Below are positions 58,229 through 64,000 of a stretch of DNA of 64,000 nucleotides, piece by piece; the stretch's first letter is position 1; each line of letters starts with the position of its first letter. The stretch is taken from contig NZ_JABEZU010000002.1 in assembly GCF_013149785.1 (NCBI RefSeq), forward strand, positions 186,001-250,000. Reading direction: 5' to 3'. Position numbers and translations under genes: made by a program. The stretch is from Isoptericola halotolerans. GTDB lineage: Bacteria > Actinomycetota > Actinomycetes > Actinomycetales > Cellulomonadaceae. A model generated the notes under the pieces. It saw only the letters and a program-made list of their open reading frames with translations, had not been told where the DNA came from and did not search any database.

Positions 58229-59272
58229 CTACGTGAAGTCTGCCCAGATCCGTTGCTGCGCACCGTCGACGGTCATCGAGCCACCGTGGGGAAGGATCCA
58301 CTGCGGACGTGTGTGGCCGAACGGTACGCCGACGGCGATGACGGCGTCGGAGTTGTAGCGCTGCACCGTCTCGATAGCGGCGTCGCGCTGCTCGGCACGC
58401 TTGGCGGCTCGCTCGGCCGCTGTGCGGTGGACCTCGAAGGAGGAGGTCGGCGGCCGGGCGACGACGACAGCGTCGAGGGCCTCGAGGAGTCCGCGTTCGC
58501 CGAGCGAGCGGACGATCCAGCCGAACTCCCGAGCGGGAGTGAGTAGTTCGGAGCCCTCGAGCAGCAGGACGCCGCCCTGCAGAGCGGCCGGGTCGGCGGG
58601 GAACCGGCCAGCGGTGAGAATCCACTCGATCACCTCGATGCAACCTCCCCAGGTGCGGCCGGTGACGGACCGCTCGGGTCCGGCCCACGTCCACGGCTCG
58701 GTGGGTTCGCGGTCGCCGTAGCTGGTGAGCGCCGCGGGGTCCTGCCAGTCCTTTCCGAAGTCCTCGGACTCGCCCGGTTCGGTAACCTCCAGGCGCCCGC
58801 CGGTGAGCAGGGCGGCACGCAACGCAGCAGCGTGCACCGGGTCGACGGCGGGCCCGGGGCCGAGGTGGACCTGGGTGGAGCCCCCGTAGAACCCTGCCAC
58901 GCCGTGGGTCCACAACCAGTTCAACAGGTTCGTGTTGTCGCTGTATCCGAGGAACGGCTTCGGGTCGGCCCGCGCCAGGTCGGCGTCGAGGTGGGGGATC
59001 ACGGTGATCTGGTCCTCGCCAGCGATGGTGGCCAGCACCGCGCGGATCTCGGGATCACCGAACGCGGCGTTCAGGTCCGCTGCACGCTCTTGCGGCGTCG
59101 CGCCGAGCTTTCGGGTCGTCGGATACTCGATCGGCACCAGACCCGTGAGCTCGGCGAGTCGCGCCATGGCCTGCTCGTGCACGGCGGGCGCGAAGCCCGG
59201 CGCGGCGAACGACGGCGAGACGACAGCGACCTTGTCCCCGGGGGCGGCCTTGCGGGGCGACGTGAGCTCCAT
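58229..59272 (-). CDS. S66 family LD-carboxypeptidase / MccF-like peptidase
   Basis: GDKVAVVSPS, RAADL, FLGYSDNT, LLLE, PFGHT (Ser-Glu-His triad). Confidence 0.88.
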   Translation of the reverse strand: MELTSPRKAAPGDKVAVVSPSFAAPGFAPAVHEQAMARLAELTGLVPIEYPTTRKLGATPQERAADLNAAFGDPEIRAVLATIAGEDQITVIPHLDADLARADPKPFLGYSDNTNLLNWLWTHGVAGFYGGSTQVHLGPGPAVDPVHAAALRAALLTGGRLEVTEPGESEDFGKDWQDPAALTSYGDREPTEPWTWAGPERSVTGRTWGGCIEVIEWILTAGRFPADPAALQGGVLLLEGSELLTPAREFGWIVRSLGERGLLEALDAVVVARPPTSSFEVHRTAAERAAKRAEQRDAAIETVQRYNSDAVIAVGVPFGHTRPQWILPHGGSMTVDGAQQRIWADFT

Positions 59273-59606
59273 GACGGACAAGGTGCCACACAGGAAGGCG
59301 GACGGCAGACGACTTTTCTCCTGACCTGTGCCGGAGCGCCGAAGTGACCGCGACATTTCGAAACCGCCGGGCGACGGGCGGCAAGCGCCCACAGCGGTCG
59401 GTTAAGCGCGACGATACGACCCACACTGCGCGACTGGCACGGCACGCCCGAGGTCGAGCAAGGTAGGCGGGCGTGTATGCGCAATCTGTGCCGCACGTCG
59501 ACACGTCGGGGGCAGGGCGCGCGATCTGCCACCGCGGGCTCGTGCGACGCGCCTCGCGACGCGGACCATTCGTCGTCAGCGGCGTCAGCGGTGGCACAAT
59601 CGCTCC

Positions 59607-62600
59607 GTGTCTGCCCAGTCGACGACCTCACCCTCCGGCAACCACGCGCCGGCGGACGCCGCGCCGTCCGCCGCGGACGCGCAGGTGGCGGCGCTCGCCG
59701 CCCAGCGGGAGGCTGAACGGGAGGCGCAGCAGGCTGCCGCGGAGGCTCGCGAGGCGGTCGCCACCGCCCTGCGCACGGTCATGGCGGGCACGGTCGACAC
59801 GACCACGCGTCGTCGGGCCGAGTACTCCACCGACGCCTCGAACTACCGGGTGGTGCCCGACGTGGTCGCCTTCCCGACCTCGACCGACGACGTCGTGGCG
59901 GCGCTCGACGTGCTGCGCGAGCTGGGCGTGCCGGTCACCGCGCGCGGCGCCGGGACCTCGGTGGCGGGCAACTCGGTGGGCCCGGGCGTCGTGCTCGACC
60001 TCTCCCAGCACCTGCACGGCATCGGGGCGATCGACCCGGACGCCCGTACCGCCGTCGTCGAGCCGGGCGTCATCATGTCGTCGTTGCAGGGTGAGGCGGC
60101 ACCGCACGGGCTGCGGTTCGGCCCGGACCCGTCCACGCAGAACCGGGCCACCCTCGGCGGCATGATCGGCAACAACGCCTGCGGGCCGCACGCGGTGGCC
60201 TACGGCCGCACGGCGGACAACGTGGTGTCCCTGGACGTCGTGGACGGGCGCGGTCGGCGCTTCGTGGCCGGCAAGGGCGACCCGACGTTCGCGGCGGTCC
60301 CCGGCCTCGCCGACCTCGTGCGGGAGAACCTCGCACTCATCCGCACCGAGTTCGGCCGGTTCGGCCGCCAGGTGTCCGGGTACTCGCTGGAGCACCTGCT
60401 GCCGGAGAACGGCTCGGACCTGGCCAAGATGCTGGTCGGCACGGAGGGCACGCTCGTCACGGTGCTCGGTGCCACGCTCGAGCTGGTCCCGGTGCCGAAG
60501 GCCCCCACGCTGGTGGTGCTCGGCTACCCGGACATGCCCTCCGCGGCCGACGACGTCCCGGTGCTGCTGCGGCACGACCCGCTGGCGATCGAGGGCCTCG
60601 ACGCGCGGCTCGTCGACGTCGTGAAGCGCGCCAACGGCGCGGACTCGGTGCCGGACCTGCCCGACGGCGCGGGCTGGCTGATGATCGAGGTCGGTGGCAC
60701 CTCCCCGGGGGAGGCACGCGAGATCGCCGAGATGATCGTCGGGGCCTCGGCAGCGATCGACGCCGCCATCTACCCGGCAGGCCCGGAGGCGACGCAGATG
60801 TGGCGGATCCGGGCCGACGGCGCGGGGCTGGCCGGGCGGACTCCCGCCGGGGAGCAGGCGTGGCCCGGGTGGGAGGACTCCGCGGTGCCGCCCGACAAGC
60901 TGGGCGACTACCTGCGCGACCTGGACGCGCTCATGGCGCGCTACGGCGTCGACGGCCTGCCGTACGGGCACTTCGGCGACGGCTGCATGCACCTGCGGAT
61001 CGACATCCCGCTGGAGTCCTCCGGGTCGGTGCTGCGCACCTTCATGGTCGAGGCGGCCCAGCTCGTCGCGAAGTACGGCGGGTCGCTGTCCGGCGAGCAC
61101 GGCGACGGCCGGGCCCGGTCCGAGCTGCTGCCGGTCATGTACTCGCCCGAGGCCATCGCGCTGCTGGAGCAGGTCAAGGCGCTGTTCGACCCGCACGACG
61201 TGCTCAACCCGGGCGTGGTGGTGCGTCCGGCGGCGGTCGACGCCGACCTGCGCCGACCGGCCGCCCAGTCCGTGCCGTCGACCGCCCCGATCGGGGACCG
61301 AGGCCTGCTGGGCTCCGGCACGCTGCGGGGCGTCGCGAAGAAGAGCGGCTACGCGGGGTTCAGTTTCGCCCACGACCACCACGACCTGACGACGGCGGTG
61401 CACCGCTGCGTCGGCGTCGGCAAGTGCCGGGCCGACAACAGCGCCGCGGGCGGGTTCATGTGCCCGAGCTACCTGGCCACCAAGGACGAGAAGGACGTCA
61501 CCCGGGGCCGGGCGCGCGTGCTGCAGGAAGCGGTCAACGGCTCGCTCGTCGGAGGGCTGACGGCCCCCGAGGTGCGTGAGTCGCTCGACCTGTGCCTGAG
61601 CTGCAAGGCGTGCTCCTCGGACTGCCCGGCCGGCGTCGACATGGCGCAGTACAAGTCGGAGGTGCTGCACCGTACGTATCGCGGGAAGCTGCGCCCGATG
61701 GACCACTACGCGCTGGGCTGGCTGCCCCGCTGGGCACGGCTGGCGGGCCTCGCGCCGAGGGCGATCAACAAGGTGCTGTCGGTCGGCTGGGTGCGCAAGG
61801 CCGTGCTGTGGGGCGGGGGCATGGACACCCGCCGCGACGTGCCGCACTTCGCCGAGCTGCCCTTCCGCACCTGGTGGCGCCGCGGGTACGCCACGCACGG
61901 CGTGCCGGGCCTGCCGCACCGCGACATGCCGGGCAAGCCGGCGTCGGCGGCGCGACCGAAGGTGGTGCTGTGGACGGACTCGTTCAGCGACTCGCTCTCC
62001 CCGTCGGTGCCCCAGGCGGCGGTGAAGGTCCTCACGGCCGCGGGCTACGACGTCGTCGTCCCCGACCAGCAGGCGTGCTGCGGGCTGACCTGGATCTCCA
62101 CGGGCCAGCTCGACGGCGCGCGGCGCCGGCTGTCCTCGCTGCTGTCCGTCCTCGGCCCGTACGCGGTCAACGGGATCCCGATCCTCGGCCTGGAGCCGTC
62201 GTGCACGGCGGTGCTGCGCTCGGACCTGCTGGACCTGTTCCCGGACGACCCGCGCGCCACGGCCGTGGCCGGGGCGACGAAGACCCTCGCCGAGCTGCTG
62301 ACCGACCCCTCCACGGCCCCCGCCGAGGACTCGGGCTGGGAGCTGCCGGACCTCAGCGACATCACCGCCGTCGTGCAGCCGCACTGCCACCAGCACTCGG
62401 TGATGGGCTTCGGCGAGGACCGTTCGCTGCTGGCCGACGCCGGGGCGACGGTCACCGAGCTCGCCGGGTGCTGCGGGCTGGCGGGGAACTTCGGCATGCA
62501 GAAGGGCCACTACGACGTGTCGGTCGCCGTGGCGGAGAACGCGCTGCTGCCGGCGCTGCGGGCACGGGGCGACGGCGAGCAGTACATCGCGGACGGGTTC

Positions 62601-62678
62601 TCGTGCCGTCTCCAGGCGGTCCAGCTCGAGGGCGTCGAGGGCAAGGCGCTCGTGGAGGTCCTCGCCGAGCGGCTCTGA
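59607..62678 (+). CDS. FAD-binding and Fe-S-binding oxidoreductase (GlcD/GlcF-like fusion)
   Basis: RGAGTS, GGMIGNNACG, SGEHGDG, CVGVGKC, CLSCKACSSDCP, two CCG motifs. Confidence 0.9.
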   Translation: MSAQSTTSPSGNHAPADAAPSAADAQVAALAAQREAEREAQQAAAEAREAVATALRTVMAGTVDTTTRRRAEYSTDASNYRVVPDVVAFPTSTDDVVAALDVLRELGVPVTARGAGTSVAGNSVGPGVVLDLSQHLHGIGAIDPDARTAVVEPGVIMSSLQGEAAPHGLRFGPDPSTQNRATLGGMIGNNACGPHAVAYGRTADNVVSLDVVDGRGRRFVAGKGDPTFAAVPGLADLVRENLALIRTEFGRFGRQVSGYSLEHLLPENGSDLAKMLVGTEGTLVTVLGATLELVPVPKAPTLVVLGYPDMPSAADDVPVLLRHDPLAIEGLDARLVDVVKRANGADSVPDLPDGAGWLMIEVGGTSPGEAREIAEMIVGASAAIDAAIYPAGPEATQMWRIRADGAGLAGRTPAGEQAWPGWEDSAVPPDKLGDYLRDLDALMARYGVDGLPYGHFGDGCMHLRIDIPLESSGSVLRTFMVEAAQLVAKYGGSLSGEHGDGRARSELLPVMYSPEAIALLEQVKALFDPHDVLNPGVVVRPAAVDADLRRPAAQSVPSTAPIGDRGLLGSGTLRGVAKKSGYAGFSFAHDHHDLTTAVHRCVGVGKCRADNSAAGGFMCPSYLATKDEKDVTRGRARVLQEAVNGSLVGGLTAPEVRESLDLCLSCKACSSDCPAGVDMAQYKSEVLHRTYRGKLRPMDHYALGWLPRWARLAGLAPRAINKVLSVGWVRKAVLWGGGMDTRRDVPHFAELPFRTWWRRGYATHGVPGLPHRDMPGKPASAARPKVVLWTDSFSDSLSPSVPQAAVKVLTAAGYDVVVPDQQACCGLTWISTGQLDGARRRLSSLLSVLGPYAVNGIPILGLEPSCTAVLRSDLLDLFPDDPRATAVAGATKTLAELLTDPSTAPAEDSGWELPDLSDITAVVQPHCHQHSVMGFGEDRSLLADAGATVTELAGCCGLAGNFGMQKGHYDVSVAVAENALLPALRARGDGEQYIADGFSCRLQAVQLEGVEGKALVEVLAERL

Positions 62679-62714
62679 CCTACCGGTCAGGCGGCCTCCT
62701 GGGAGGATGCGGTC

Positions 62715-63320
62715 ATGGAGTTCCGTGACGTGGTCCGACAGCGGCGCATGGTCCGCCGCTTCAGCGGTGAGCCGGTCGACCCGGAGACGGTCGACCGGCT
62801 GCTGGACCATGCGGTCCGGGCCCCGAGCGCCGGGTTCACGCAGGGCTGGTCGTTCCTGGTGCTGACCACCGACGAGGAGCGTGACCGGTTCTGGGCGGCA
62901 GCCACCCCGCCGGACTCGGCCCGCGACCTGTCGACCTGGCTGGCCGGGATGCGCACGGCGCCGGTGCTGATCGTGGCCCTGACCTCGAAGACGGCGTACG
63001 TCGGCCGGTACGCCGAGCCGGACAAGGGCTGGACGGACCGGGACGAGGCGCGCTGGCCCGTGCCGTACTGGCACGTCGACGCGGGCATGGCGTCGCTGCT
63101 CATGCTGCAGACCGCCGTGGACGAGGGTCTCGGTGCGTGCTTCTTCGGTGTCGACGGCGGCCGGGTGGCTGCCTTCCGGGACGCGTTCGACGTGCCGCAG
63201 GAGTGGTCGCCCACCGGGGTGGTCGCCGTCGGGCACCCGGAGGCCGGGGGAGCGAAGGGCTCCCCGGCACGCCGCCGCCGCAAGCCGATGGACGACGTCG
63301 TGCACCGCGGGGCCTGGTGA
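62715..63320 (+). CDS. Nitroreductase family protein
   Basis: RRMVRRF, APSAGFTQGW, GLGACFFG. Confidence 0.88.
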   Translation: MEFRDVVRQRRMVRRFSGEPVDPETVDRLLDHAVRAPSAGFTQGWSFLVLTTDEERDRFWAAATPPDSARDLSTWLAGMRTAPVLIVALTSKTAYVGRYAEPDKGWTDRDEARWPVPYWHVDAGMASLLMLQTAVDEGLGACFFGVDGGRVAAFRDAFDVPQEWSPTGVVAVGHPEAGGAKGSPARRRRKPMDDVVHRGAW

Positions 63321-63324
63321 GGCG

Positions 63325-64000
63325 TCAGACGCACGACGCCAGCCGCGCCACCGCCTCCTCCAACCGGGCGTCGACGAGGTTGCCGTAGCCGAGCACCAGC
63401 GTCCGCGACCGGGCAGAGGGCCGCACCTGGTAGCGCCGCAGGTCCACGACGCCCACGTCGTGCGCCGCGGCGGCCCGCACCACCTCGGCCGCGTCCGGCG
63501 CCGACGCGGGAAGGTCCAGCACGGCGTGCAGCCCCGCGGCCATCCCGCCGAGCCGGGCACCCGGCAGCGCCGCACGGACGGCCGCGGCGAGCGCGTCGTG
63601 CCGACGCCGGTACCGTCCCCGCGCGGCACGCAGGTGGCGGTCGTAGCCGCCGTCGGTGAGGAACCGGGCGAAGGTCAGCTGCTCCACCACCGACGGCGGC
63701 CCGGCCTGCCCGGCCCCGGACACCGCCGCCCGCCACGTCTCGGGCAGCACCATCCACCCGATCCCGAACGCCGGTGACATCGTCTTGCTGACCGACCCGA
63801 GGAGGACCACCCGGTCCGGGTCGAGCCGTTGCAGGGCCGCGACGGGCCGACGGTCGTAGCGGAACTCGGCGTCGTAGTCGTCCTCGATCACCAGCCCGTC
63901 CACCGATCGAGCCCAGCCCAGCACGGCGTCCCGGCGGTCCCCGGCCAGGGCGACCCCGGTCGGGAACTGGTGCGCGGGGGTGAGCAGCAGCGCCCGCGCG
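63325..64000 (-). CDS. MocR/GabR-type PLP-dependent aminotransferase-domain regulator (5' truncated by window)
   Basis: TPAHQFPTG, IEDDYDAEFRYD, GSVSKT, AGLH, LVLGYG. Confidence 0.85.
   Translation of the reverse strand, partial: ARALLLTPAHQFPTGVALAGDRRDAVLGWARSVDGLVIEDDYDAEFRYDRRPVAALQRLDPDRVVLLGSVSKTMSPAFGIGWMVLPETWRAAVSGAGQAGPPSVVEQLTFARFLTDGGYDRHLRAARGRYRRRHDALAAAVRAALPGARLGGMAAGLHAVLDLPASAPDAAEVVRAAAAHDVGVVDLRRYQVRPSARSRTLVLGYGNLVDARLEEAVARLASCV

Larger units (their letters stand above)
54730..59503. mobile_element. Putative non-autonomous transposon with TGT...ACA ends and 5 bp target duplication
   Basis: Ends TGTCGACGTGC / GCACGTCGACA (18/23 over the extended IR). CGTCG at 54725-54729 and 59504-59508. 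Atypical codon usage inside; no transposase. Confidence 0.72.

Overview
This is a 64 kb window of a high-GC actinobacterial chromosome, probably Micrococcales of a Cellulomonas/Oerskovia-like type (inferred from gene content). It is densely coding, with about 60 supportable CDSs and one tRNA-Pro(CGG). Recognisable blocks are: a class I DAHP synthase with an aromatic-rich leader peptide; a SigK-RskA/fasciclin/DipZ regulon with three matching promoters; an ECF41 sigma; the conserved tRNA-Pro/metallophosphoesterase/ponA/ridA/crp/nth block; a glnR/thioredoxin/FABP/ygfZ block; vapBC; and a LuxR regulator followed by two GH18 chitinases. Three accessory insertions are visible from DNA signatures. 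(1) An AbiEi-like/DUF559-like nuclease gene is bracketed by two direct copies of a ~55 bp palindrome (3772-4937). (2) An integrase-less 4.2 kb island at the tRNA-Pro 3' end carries a C5 methyltransferase and a GHKL-ATPase restriction nuclease (17804-22047). (3) A transposase-free 4774 bp element has TGT...ACA ends, imperfect 23 bp inverted repeats and a 5 bp target duplication, and carries immunity/resistance-type genes (54730-59503). Elements absent from or truncated in the ORF track are a 21 aa WYWRF leader peptide, a 37 aa membrane protein and a probable CTG-initiated gene. All product calls come from motif recognition by eye; no database searches were run.
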